Origin: Psammoneis japonica
Taxonomy: Eukaryota
Length of the DNA stretch: 50,295 nucleotides
NCBI GenBank assembly: GCA_008632985.1
Contig: QPGO01000216.1
Span: forward strand, 62,001 to 112,295
Direction: 5' to 3'
Part shown: positions 39,232-50,295 of the stretch, piece after piece
Layout of the letters: each line of letters opens with the position of its first letter
How positions within the stretch are numbered: the first letter of the stretch is position 1
The notes under the pieces: model-generated
Told to the model about the DNA's origin: nothing
What the model saw: the letters and a program-made list of their open reading frames with translations, nothing else
Database searches by the model: none
Translations under genes and position numbers: made by a program

Positions 39232-42200
39232 TGTAACTTGGAGTGCGGGATGGTGGCACTGTCCACAACCAACTTGTTGTCACCGAACATGTAACTAATG
39301 TCACGGATTGGGACGCCGAGGCAACGCAGAGTGATGCGCAGGTCGACAATCTGCTCGACACAAGTCCTTGCAGCAACAAATTCAGACCCGCAGGTCGCAG
39401 TCTCCACGGTGGCTTGATTCTTAGAGAACCAATCAGCCGGGAATTTGTTGAGGAAGTGGAGCATTCCCATGACAGAGCATCTGGTGAGCATGCAATGATG
39501 CAAGTTTGCATCGACAGTGGGTGGCAGTGACAAACTTGCCAAGGGGCGGTGGAGCGTCCTTCGGGATCATCTCCTCTGCTTCGCCGTACACGGAATGCAT
39601 CCATTCACAGGCTGGTGCAGGGAGATCCGAATGGTTGGGCTCTTCCGTGTGAATGCGGAGAGCGCCGTGTCGCATCTTGGAGAGGTGCCCACAGACGCGT
39701 TTGGCACGATCCAAGTGACCTTGACGGGGCGCAGCTCGGAAGCCAGAGAGTGACATGACGGCCGTGGCAATGTCAATTCGACCAAGAGACACTGCCCATT
39801 GGAGGGAACCGACAAGAGACTGGAAGTGTTGAATGCCATCGGGCTCCAGCAGTTCGGAAGTGTCCAGTTCAGGGTGGTCACCCTTTTCCAGAGGGGACAG
39901 GACGTTGGTGGCAGGTTTCTCCCCAAACAGTCGTGTGCAGCTGTCGACCATGCGTTCGATGTACTTGCGCGGAGACAGACACAAGGTGCCGTCAGGATCC
40001 CGGGAGAAGTCGCAGCCTAGATGGAACTCAATCGGTCCCGCACCCTTGAGCTTGAACTTGCACTTTTCCGTGAGAGTGTCGACGAAAGATTGAGGATCCT
40101 TCAAGTCCATGGCGAGGTCATCCACACAAACGGCAACATGTTCATAGTGGTCACCGTTCCTGTGCATCCAAATGTCGGGTTCAGCATGGCAGGGGAAGAA
40201 ACCTTCAGCTCGCAGGCAGTCGGCGAAGCGCTCATGCCAGCGGAGACCGGAGCTGCACAGTCCATGCAGGGCCTTGTAGATGACAAGAATGTGGCCTTCG
40301 AGTTTGCCAAATTCGGGTCCAGCTACAATTTACAGCTTCTCCTTGGTGGTGGCTTCAAGGCAGGCATTGCCAATGTTGGTGGCCCATGTCTCCAACTCAT
40401 TGAGTTCGGCCAGGAAAATCATCATCCGAAGGCCACAAAGGGAAACTACTCCAGAGCAGACACTGTCAATGGGTGCGTCCGTGAGGTGTCCATCAGCTGC
40501 GAGTCGTGCCTTGTGGCGGCCGTCATGTTTCACGTCGTACACCAGGTGCACTCGGATCTTCTTGTGTCCCGCAGGAGGAGTGGAAGACTCGGAGGGCCCG
40601 CAGTCATGAAAGACTTCGTAATCATCGAGTTGGTCCATCTCAAGATTGGTTGTGTCTCCCCATTTGCGGTTGCCGTTGCGTTCGTCTAGGGACATGGCAT
40701 GTTTGTAGTTCCGGGGAACCTCGCATCCACACTTGTAGCGAGGTGCAGTGCGGAAGGAGTGAAGCTTGGCTTGGTTGGCCATGCAGAATGGCTTCTTCTG
40801 GCGCCTCGCGATGGTGCGGAACCGCTTCCAGCCATCAGTGTCGAGAAGTCCGTTCTCTCGTGCATAGATGGCGCAGGTGACAGGGTCATCCTTGGCGATG
40901 ATGGCAAGAGGCTCGGACGTGATCTCCCCACTTTCCCATTGAAGCATGATGTTGTAGCTTGAGCCTTTCCAGGTTGGGTCATGAGGCTTCAGAGGTCCTT
41001 CGTGTGACACAATGCGTCGAAATTTCCAAACAGCAGTGTCTTTGTCTTCTTGCTCGATGTGATTCATGATGTCGTTGCAGGCCAGGACTTCCTCATATTC
41101 GTCGTTGTTGACAGAGCAGATGAACTCAGTGAGCTCGGGGTTGCCGTTCACTTTCCAGTCATGATCTTCGACGGCCTTGACGATGCGAGCTCTGTGGCGT
41201 TGTCCGTCCTCTTGTGGCTGCATGAGGAAGGTGCGTCCTGATGATGGGTTCAGGTGGCTCCCCATCAGGAGGATCAAGATGCAGGTTTCAAACGGAAGGA
41301 CCAGTGGTGGCGGATCGTACATTGGACCGGCAGAGGATCTTCTGAGTGTTGTCAGAAAGAATCTTAAAGGTCATCTGGTGGCCGACGTGCTCAGCAATGC
41401 CAACAAAGCGTCCACGCAACTCACAGGATTCGGACGGCCAATCGGAGTCATCGAGGTGGAAGTGCACGGGTTCCCACCAGTGAAAGCGGAGCAATGGGCT
41501 GATGTCTGGGGTGGAGCCAGTGAGAGTCTTGAGGGGTGTGTGCCAGTGGAGACGTGGGGACGCTGTGTGGTTGAGCATGAAGCAAACGCACATGAGCGCC
41601 AGCAGCCATGTGTGGGCAGGCGAACCGAAACGGTCCATGATGGTGTTTGCCATGCACTTCACGGTCTGGTGTCGGCGTTCGGCAAAGTTTTGGTGTTGCT
41701 GGTGAGGCTCGCTTTGCCAGCTGGAGATGAAGAGGGCTCGTAGAATCCCGAGCACCTTGTTGCTGATCTCAACTTGAGCATGGTCGCTGATGAGTTTGGA
41801 TGGAGCACCACGCTCACGGATCTGATCCTTGAGTGTGTTGACAAACTCTTTGTCGGTTTTGGTGCCGCAGACATCAGTGACGGTAGACTTGGCACCAACA
41901 AACAGTTGGGTGCTGGTGCAACCAGAGTCGATGGCCGGGGTGTCGGCACAAACGGTGTCAGTGGCGATGGGCTCGTTGCGGCGGTGCACATTAAGGGCGG
42001 GGTTGGGTGATTTGTAGGCCTTCTTAAGGTGCGCACCAGCGGGCATGCGGGCGCATTGCGCGGTGCAGTCGAAAGTACGACGAACCGTGTCGGCAGGTTG
42101 GAAACCAAAGTGGGGCCGAAGAGACTCGTAGGGGGGTTCCTTGGGCTGCACATTGCACTCCGGAGGCAGGACGTCATCGTCCTTGGGGTCAATCGCGTGT

Positions 42201-45200
42201 AGATGACACTCGTAGAACACGTCTTCATTCGGAATGAGGTGGTCATCGAGGGCGGATGCGTGATCGGCAGACAAGGAGGCGGACATGATGGCCTTGTTGA
42301 CAACGACACGTGACGGCAGTTGCCGCACTCATCAAATAGGTTGGCAGTGGGATCGTCCTGTGGGTCAGAGATCGCATCGCACCACTGGTCGTCGTCAGTG
42401 ATAGAGTGATCGAGGACGGAAGGGTCCCATGTGTCATCACCGGTGAGGATGACATGTGGCAGGGTGTCCCATTCGTCATCAGTGTAGGGTCGCATGGCAA
42501 CATAAAGCAGGCCACCCTTGATGTCAATTGGGATGACACAGCCATCAGGGGTGGCGATGCGCTGCAAGCCGTTGGGCACCTTGACAGAGCGATCGTTGAC
42601 ATCATGTTTGTGCCATTCGAGCTGGCCACAGGAATGAATGGTCTTGCCTTTTCCCGTGCATGCGTGCTGATGGAGGATGGCGATGACGGGACCACGCTGT
42701 GTCTCAATGACGGCACCAGCGGTGACAATGGGGATGTCCACCAATTGATGGTCGTCAATGCCCTGAACGTCGACTTGGCGAGAGGTGCATGCAATGACGC
42801 GAACGTCGTCGCCAGCAATGCCACCGTTTGGCTCCACGATCGACTAGAGCACCAGTGCATGTGGAGCAATGAGCGGAGGCAGAGCAACTGACATTGTGGT
42901 TGTTGACGCGGCGGCAAGTGCGGCCATTAAGTTCTATGTCATCTGGAGGAGCAGGTGAGGTAGAGGGAGCGGTGGCTGGGCCCGGTCGACTGGCATTGGG
43001 GGCTTGGTTAGGAGACAACAGGCGTTGCAGGTCACCGGGTGGCAGTGGCTTGCACTTGGTGAGATGCGCCAGAATGGGACCATCTGAAGTGGCATCCACA
43101 TTTGGAGCGGGATCACCAGAGTCAGCAGGAGTCGTGGCGGACAAGTTGACATCACCGTCACTCCCAAGTCGTTGGTCGTGAAGGTTGACCACAACAGACT
43201 CATGGCAGTTGCCGGCTCGTGGGTTGCGGGGAGGCGGACGAGAATGCTCAAGGATGATCGCCTTGGAGGAATGGGGCAACAAATCCCAAATCTGTTGGTG
43301 GTCGGGAGGGAGACGTTTCCATTGGTCGCCGGTGAGGCTGGGACCATGGGTGTAGGCAGCGTTAGCCTGAAGGACGTCAATGTCGCTGTCGATGTCACAG
43401 AACACATCATCGGATGGTTCCTCGGAGCAGACGTCGTGTGCGCATATGGCGCGGCGGGGAGCTCGAGGTGTCGTCTTGGGTTGAAACGTGCTGTCGCATT
43501 GAGCCGCCGCGGAGAGGAGCAAGCCACAATGTTGATCGTATGTGAGGCTCTTGCCACTCTGCGTGCGATGTTGATCAGCTTGGTTCTTGACGGCGCGGAG
43601 TTCCTCGACAGGATGTACGGCATTCTCGAGCATGACGCGCTTCTGTCCTTCAGAGAAGTGGTCACTGGCCGGGATGAGGGCCTCGTACTTGCGCAACTGA
43701 TCCTGCCAATGAAGGATGAACCCGTGGGTCGGACCTTTCCAAGTACCATCACCAAGGTGTGCGGTGGTGAGGTACGTGAGCAAGGTGGAGGACTCGATAG
43801 ATGCGCGGGTGGAGGCAAGCGCATGCTCGGACAAGGCGCGGTAGACGGTCTGGGCGTCAGAAGACCCCACATTTTTCCGAGTGAGAGCCTTGCCCTTGTC
43901 GGTAAGAAGGATGCGTTCGAAGACGGCGAACATGTGCTTTTGCTGTTCAGCAAAGAGCAGTTTGTCTGCAGGACTGGTCGGTTTGTACTACGAGTCTAGA
44001 ATGCACTCGACGTCTTGGGCACGGGCTTGTGCCACAAGTGAGGTGTGCCAAGTGTGCCACTGCTTGTCGGATTTGAGAGCCGTGAAAGCAGTGGGGTCAC
44101 GCTTGATGCCTCGCTTGAAGTCTCGCACTGGGTCGCGTGCCTTGGTCGGGTTGGTGACATGCGGAGGTGCAAGAGGTGAGCTGCCGACGGACACAGAAGA
44201 CATGCAGTCGGGACTGAGGCGGCAGGCAAGGAACTCATCATGCGTGAACAACGAGGAGTCATTGGCAACATCAAGGCCTTTGTGTGCTTTCACAATGTAC
44301 AGACTAACTAGGGCTGCTAACATGTTCTTATAACCTCGGGGCAGTGGGATCACATTGGTGCCGTTATCGTACTCAAGCGAGTCGATTTGGGAAGGTATGA
44401 ACGTGAACAGTTCTTGGCACGAGTCCGTGCCGTCATGGGTCAAAACCAAACAAAGAGGGCTTTCAGCACCTTGGGCAAGTACGGTTCCAACAATGTGCTC
44501 AGAACCATTGGTTTGTTGCTGACGAGTAAGAACCATGGTAGACAAGAAACGGTGTCAGGGCAGGCGATTCTTGTCAGGATGCGGAGGTAGACTTGAAACT
44601 TGAGTGGGAATGGACTTGACTTGAAATGGACTTGACTTGAAATCTTGAACTATCTTAAAATCAGAAGTCGCCGGGTTGTGCTATCCTGTTCGTTGTTAAG
44701 TGCTAAACTTCCCATCCGGTCCGTAGAGTTGTGCCGGCGCGTCCGGACCCGCAGCTGGTGGCGCTTTGGGTTGCTTACGAGCAGAGTAGCGGGTTGTAAA
44801 CCCCTGCAGGCAAGCTGACTAGAGGTGGACAAGACCCCCGAACCGTTCTTATTTTACATCGGTTGGATTTCCCGATCAGGCTGGCCAGTTGACGTAGGTG
44901 TTAGGCGCTGTGGACGAATGAACAAACGCGGGAAAACACCCTCACCCCAACGTAGGCTGTAATCACGGCTACTTGCTCTCACAGTCGTCCTCGTGGACCT
45001 AGTAGAACTGTAGAGCACCAGTGGTCCGGGGTAGATCAGGTACAATAGACTCGGTGTGCTTGTAGAGTAGCAGCAAAGCCACAGTCCAAAGAGTGGGTTC
45101 AAGTTCTTGGCCGTGAAGATGTACACACACATGTCTTCAGCGACGGAGATCATTGAATATGTAGGGTTCTTGACCGTTAACCGTTGAATGGGTATATCAA

Positions 45201-45752
45201 GGGATGAGGATCAAGGATAGACTTGGATGTAACCGTTGAATGTATGTCTTCAGCGATAAAAGGTAGTATAATCAATCCAGATATCCAGCGGTAAGGAGAC
45301 TTGACGGTGCCGTTAAATTCCTGCCGATGCCTGGTATTGAATGCACGTAGACTTGCCGATGTACACGTAGAATATATACGGAGGTCCACGTAGAATTGAA
45401 ACAGTGTCGTCGGTAAATCAACGACGACGATGGCGGTTGCTCAATGGGTTGACAATGAGCAAGACTGTTAATCTGACAGAAATTGAAGGCAAATGGCAAG
45501 AATTCAAACAATGACTCCTTGCTGCTGTCTAAATGGCAGATGAGTCTCCGCTCAGAGACCGTCACAGGAGCCGAAAGACGTGCAAGTTGGTATGATCGGG
45601 CTGCTGTTATTATTCTTGTGAGCCATGTGGCTCGAAAGCAAACTACATCGCGTGCGTACGCGCGGAACTAAAGAGCACACAAAACTGTGTGCGGTAAACT
45701 AAAATGGCGCGCGACATTTCGCGCGCACCTAAATCCCATTCAAATCCTGTCA
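39232..45752 (-). mobile_element. Copia family 1 copy D, inverted (5' LTR 45752-45474; gag ATG 44536; truncated within RNase H)
   Basis: Reverse complement of the family 1 sequence; 279-bp LTR; PBS at 45459-45473. Confidence 0.93.
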
Positions 45753-46331
45753 AGCGGAGGGAGTCCATTTGTGAGTCTCGATGAACTTCTGATGGTGGTG
45801 CTATGTCTTGATGATTTTTTTAAATTGGGACTTTGTCATGTGGGTGCCTTCAACACCATTTGTGCACACTTTAGCATGGTCATCAAGAACAGAAATGTCA
45901 CTGCCGTCTAAAGAATCGGCACCCACATCGTCTTTGTCAGGAAAAGAAAGATCACTGGCATGACCGTCAAGGTCTCCGGATGCAGACGGTACACTGGCGT
46001 GATCATTGCCTTGAGCAGACGAGTCGTTGCCATTGGAGTCATCTTCAGAGCTAAGATTGACGTCATCAGACAGGTTTGCCGCCACGTTGGATGTCAAAAA
46101 GATGTCATTGAGCAAGCCGTCGTGGTCTCGAGACGTGACAAAGGGGTGTGATGGGCGAATTTCGCATTCGGTGTTATCAACGAATGATTCAGAGTGAGAG
46201 GAGAGACGTCGCTTTTGCTTGGGCATGACTTTGAGATGGGGCATGGTTGCAACGGCAGGATGGGCAAACCGCCATGGGCCATTGCGGCATGAACAGAGGA
46301 CGTAGAAACCCACGGACTTCTCGTCATACAA
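45753..46331 (-). other. Acidic low-complexity ORF fragment of unknown origin (possibly a transposase N-terminus), cut by copy D
   Basis: PKQKRR basic patch followed by D/S-rich tract; no diagnostic motif. Confidence 0.25.
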
Positions 46332-46488
46332 CTTTCGCGGTTCTGTGCTGATTCACCAGAAACACAGGGGATTAGACCCATAGATCACAAGCAGAAGGGA
46401 CAAATGCATCGAACACGACTGCCCAGAGGAATGGTGCCAATGAAAGATTGTGATTCGGTGGAGAGGAGGGGGTTTTGGAGGGAAAGCA

Positions 46489-46878
46489 GACGCGTTCCAG
46501 CCCTAGGTGGGACTCCGTGTGACATTGGGCCCGTAGAATTCTACGTGCGAGCTCCGTAGTACGAGAATCTAATTAATGGATACATTTATCTTAAACATCA
46601 AATAAACGGCCAAGTTTGTGGTACAATTATGCCTCTTGCGACTCGACGTTTTTGCAAATGCGCCCACCCTACGCGATTCTTAAGACATTAAAGAATCGCG
46701 CTGTAACAAAAAATGTCAAAAGTTGTTGGACGGATCGCTCATTAAGTGTACCGTAAAATGAGACAAAATATCGAAAAAATCACGTAGAAATCTACGTGCG
46801 CGACATACGACGTGATTCAAAAAACTATCGATGTCACAGTTCAGTAGTACGAGGTCCCACCTGGACCTGGAACGCGTC
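46489..46878. mobile_element. MITE-like element X (390 bp)
   Basis: 25-bp TIRs (22/25 match: GACGCGTTCCAG...GGTGGGAC), inner inverted CGTAGAWTTCTACGTG motifs, flanked by AGCA/AGCA. A second partial copy begins at 5227. Confidence 0.6.
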
Positions 46879-47100
46879 AGCAGAAAAGGGTGGAAAATTT
46901 CGCAGAATTATCGACATTCATCATGAGGACGGAACTGCAGAAATTTGGGCGAAAATGCCACACACAACATGAAAATGAATGTGTTTCGGCTGGAACGAAA
47001 TGCAATTGTCCTCAGTTGAGGGAACAACACGGCCGTGTGACTTGGTGTTTTGGCATTCAAGTCAACAAATGTAATTTAAATAAAATGCATTGTGCAGCAA

Positions 47101-47436
47101 TGAATGCGTGACATTCTAATCTGTGAATTGAAAATAAATAAAAATGTTGTCTTTGCAATGGGTGAATGTCAATAATCTGGAGGGGGGTCTGCCAATCTGT
47201 GCGCGCGTGTGCACGCCATGAGAGGGTGGGGTTTGATGACTTGTGACTCAAGGCCTTTTTGCAAGGTCTAACTTGAAAAGACTTGACATTCTTGAGAAAA
47301 ATTGTGAAAAGACTTGGAAGGGCTCGCTGATGGGGAACCCTGGCCAACATCTCCGTTGTTGTCTAATGCGTCAACCAATTGCACATGTCAGAGGAGGCAC
47401 TCTCGGTCATCAGAGCACAAACAACTATTTCGTTCA
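47101..47436 (-). repeat. Probable 3' LTR of gypsy G3 (PPT AGAGGGGAAGAG at 47448-47437)
   Basis: On the minus strand the PPT is followed by TGAACG. The distal end (...ATTCA at 47101) is a best guess. Confidence 0.5.
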
Positions 47437-47539
47437 CTCTTCCCCTCTATGGTGCAAGGAACCCGCGCGCCATGGAATCACTTGACTACATTCAAACTAA
47501 AACATGAAGAAAGGGAAACCCAGACGTTGGGAAGAAAAC

Positions 47540-50295
47540 CCTCAACTTCGATGCGGCACCAATCAACGGATGTTAATCCGTTCCATTACATGTGGTGCAC
47601 GCACAATCGAAACAGTCCCATTGGTGTGGACTTGTGCTATCCGAAATGGTCCAAAAGCCCGTTCTTGCAACCTAGCTGGTTCCACGGACTTGATTAAAAC
47701 ATCTTGTCCGACTTGATGATCAAAAGATCATCGCTTCACGTTCTGTCTTCGGAGATTTTCATTGATGAGGACTTGGCAATTGGCTTGCATCGTAGCTAAA
47801 TCCACAACAACTGGGAGATCCAAAATCATGTCTCGGTGGAATACGAGCGCACCCGGTCAAATTCCCATGGATCTTGAGTGTGAGCAACGGAGAGCACAGG
47901 AAGCAGTGGCTAAGGCATCATCCACTGTTTGAGCCACCTGTTGAACATCATGAGGAGTGTTAGCAACCAGCACCATTCGCAAAATGTTAGCTGCCGTTTG
48001 ATGCATGTGTTTGCAAATCGCGTTTGCCATTGGGTTGTGCGAGGCAGCAGGTGCATCTGCTGTTCCGGCTTGATTTAGTAACATCTGAAACTCCCAGCCA
48101 ATGAATTCACCACCATTGTCATGGACACAGCGGTTTGGCCTGGGACAGCGAGACAACCAAAGATTGCAAAATTTGTCAGTCACATGTTGCAAGGTTTTGT
48201 TTTCAATGCAAGTGAGTTCCGCAAGCCCAGTTGCTGCATCAATGCATGTGAGGGCTTTGAATTCAATTTCTTGGCCCTGAACATCAACTTTCCAGGGGCC
48301 AATCAAATCCACTGCTGCTTCTGTCCAGGGTGCCAAGGGTGCTTCTCGCTCTGGCAGTTTGCCACATCCTGGTCCGAGTTGTTTAAAATGCTGACAGGTG
48401 TCACACACTAATTCATTGCAGGAGCTGTGCAAAGCAGGATGCCACAGGTGAGTGCGAATGCTCTCATACATGTGCACAATTCCGCAGTGTCCGAGCACAT
48501 GATGGCACCACGAAATCACATCGGGCAACAATTCAGTGGGAATGCAAATCTTCCATAAACCCGGTGGATCAGTCGGCCGCACACGACAACAAATCAACGG
48601 TTGGTCATTGACAATTTTGATGACAAATTCCTGGGGATTCTGTTGCTGTTGTTCATTCAACTCATGGTCCTCGAATTGAAATTGTTGCATCCACAGCATC
48701 TCTGACGGATTCAGCATCTCTTCCAAACTTGGACAATTAAGAAAGCATTCAAACAGTTCTGGCTCATCAACAAGTGAGGAAAATGCGTGAGACTCATTCA
48801 TCTTTGCATGAGAGCATTTAAAATGGGATGCCAAAGTGCAGAGTTCATCCTCGAGTTCATCTTTAGCTAGTTCCGACATGTCCAACTTTTCAAAATCAAC
48901 AATTGTGCCTCTGGGCTTGCTGTTTGGTCCTTGACTCTTCCCCTCTGAAGGCAGATCCATTCGTGGGAGTCAAGAAAAACAGTCTGCAAGCACGTCATCC
49001 TTGCCTTCAACATGTCGCCGAGTAACATAATGCGAAAAACTCTTTGAAGCACATTGCAACAGCAAGGAGTTCCTTTTCCATCATTGAATAACTGCGTTGT
49101 GTTGCAGAAAGTTTCTTAGACCAACAGGCAACTGGTTGGCCATCTTGAATGGTGGCTGCACCCATTTGACAGTCTGATGAATCGGTGCATGCGTGAAAGG
49201 GACTATTGTGGTTTAGATGCACCATGAGAGCTTCAGATGCGACGATGGCTTTCATTTCATCAAAAGCTTTCTGGCATGCTTCGGTCCATTCGAATGGGCC
49301 TTTGCCTGTCAGGTCTGTCAAGGGAGCTAGAAGGTGCGATCGATGAGGCCACATGTTTCGGCAGCAAGTGACAGCACCAAGGAACGACCGCAGTTGAGAG
49401 ATGTTACGAGGCGGTTGCAACCGTAGGATGCCTCGACTTTCTTCTTCCAGGGTTTAATTCCATTTGGCGTGAGCCAATGCCCTGGGAAGTCAGTTTCCTG
49501 GACACACCACTCACACTTGAGCGGATTAACCTTGAGGCCATTCTCCTGTAGATGATGTAAAACTTTGTTAAGGCGGGTTAGATGTGATTCAAAAGTGTTG
49601 TCAAACATGCCCACGTCATCAACGCACGTTTCCACGTCTACGTCATGCATGATCTTTTCAATTGCTGCTTGTGCAATGCCGGGAGATGTCTTTAATCCCA
49701 TGGCCATCCGACAGTGTTGGAATTTCCCATGCGGAGTCACTGTCGTCGTCAATTCCTTTGATTCCTCCTCCAACTCAAGATGATAAAAGAAGATGGTGAG
49801 ATCAATTTTCGTGAAAAATTTACATCCAGCACGGCATTGCAATGCATCTTGAATCACTGGTAAAGGGCAGACCTTTTGCTTGAGTACTTTGTTGAGTTCT
49901 CTAAAATCTGAGACCCAACAAACTTGACCATCTTTCTTGGGAGCAACAAAAGCACCCGATGCCCATTCCGTTGGTCCACAAGGGCGTAGCACCCCAACAT
50001 TAACACGATGCTTGAGCTCTTTCTTGAAGGCCTCTTGATTCATTTGAGGGACTGCATGCGGTTTGGAATGACAAGGTGTTGCACCTTCTTCCACCTCCAG
50101 GTGAACCTTCTCGTGCGGATAGACTCCTAATGTGCCATCAAACAAGGTGTCATATTTTGCCAGCACTCATTGGAGTTGTTGTCGTTGGTCTTCCGTCAAG
50201 TGATGCAAATCTTTAACAATGTTGGCAGCATCAGTTGGTTTGTACTTCGCATCGAGAATGCAACCAGCACAGGCATCGTCCAATTCGTAGGAGTC
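47540..50295 (-). pseudogene. Gypsy element G3 pol (RT-RH-IN), running off the window end
   Basis: SDFRELN, CVDD (<YVDD), TDSSD.QMG, EKELL, HHVLGH..CDTC, VDLIGPW, HDNGGEF, NP.ANAI, GPF motif near 47650. Confidence 0.92.

Noticed and set aside
6898..44333. Numerous 100-390 aa antisense and alternative-frame ORFs as genes
   Set aside because: They are shadows of gag-pol kept open by stop depletion and show no independent motifs.
45455..45475. tRNA-Asn gene
   Set aside because: Only an anticodon-arm match next to the LTR; no cloverleaf or B-box.
5480..45752. Classical RIP or CpG decay alone as the source of TA/TG/CA polymorphism
   Set aside because: These create TpA. Conserved Tyr motifs show TA is ancestral; an ancestral CG would put Arg in YxDD.
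5480..45752. ADAR-type RNA editing or reverse transcriptase error
   Set aside because: Both A>G and T>C occur on the sense strand, the two LTRs of one element differ, and DNA-transposon sequences are affected too.

Overview
Eukaryotic, gene-free cluster of nested and decayed transposable elements. The host is most likely a diatom or other stramenopile, inferred from the CoDi-type Ty1/copia elements. The window holds: a 5'-truncated, intron-containing piggyBac-like transposase with an inserted YqaJ/lambda-exonuclease-type domain (1-3031); four copies of one ~7 kb copia family (A 5480-12540, B 17531-24454, C 32400-39231 on +, D 39232-45752 on -, with C and D forming a ~13.3 kb inverted repeat); a second copia family (27459-32399); two Ty3/gypsy elements on the minus strand plus older gypsy relics and LTR fragments; and a MITE-like element. 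The most striking signal is a strand-symmetric TpA->TpG/CpA hypermutation (A:T->G:C), acting on top of ordinary CpG decay across all element classes. It converts conserved Tyr codons to Cys/His and erases TAA/TAG stops, which is the opposite direction to fungal RIP. The main copia family also appears to be primed by a tRNA-Asn half-molecule. All alignments were done by eye.
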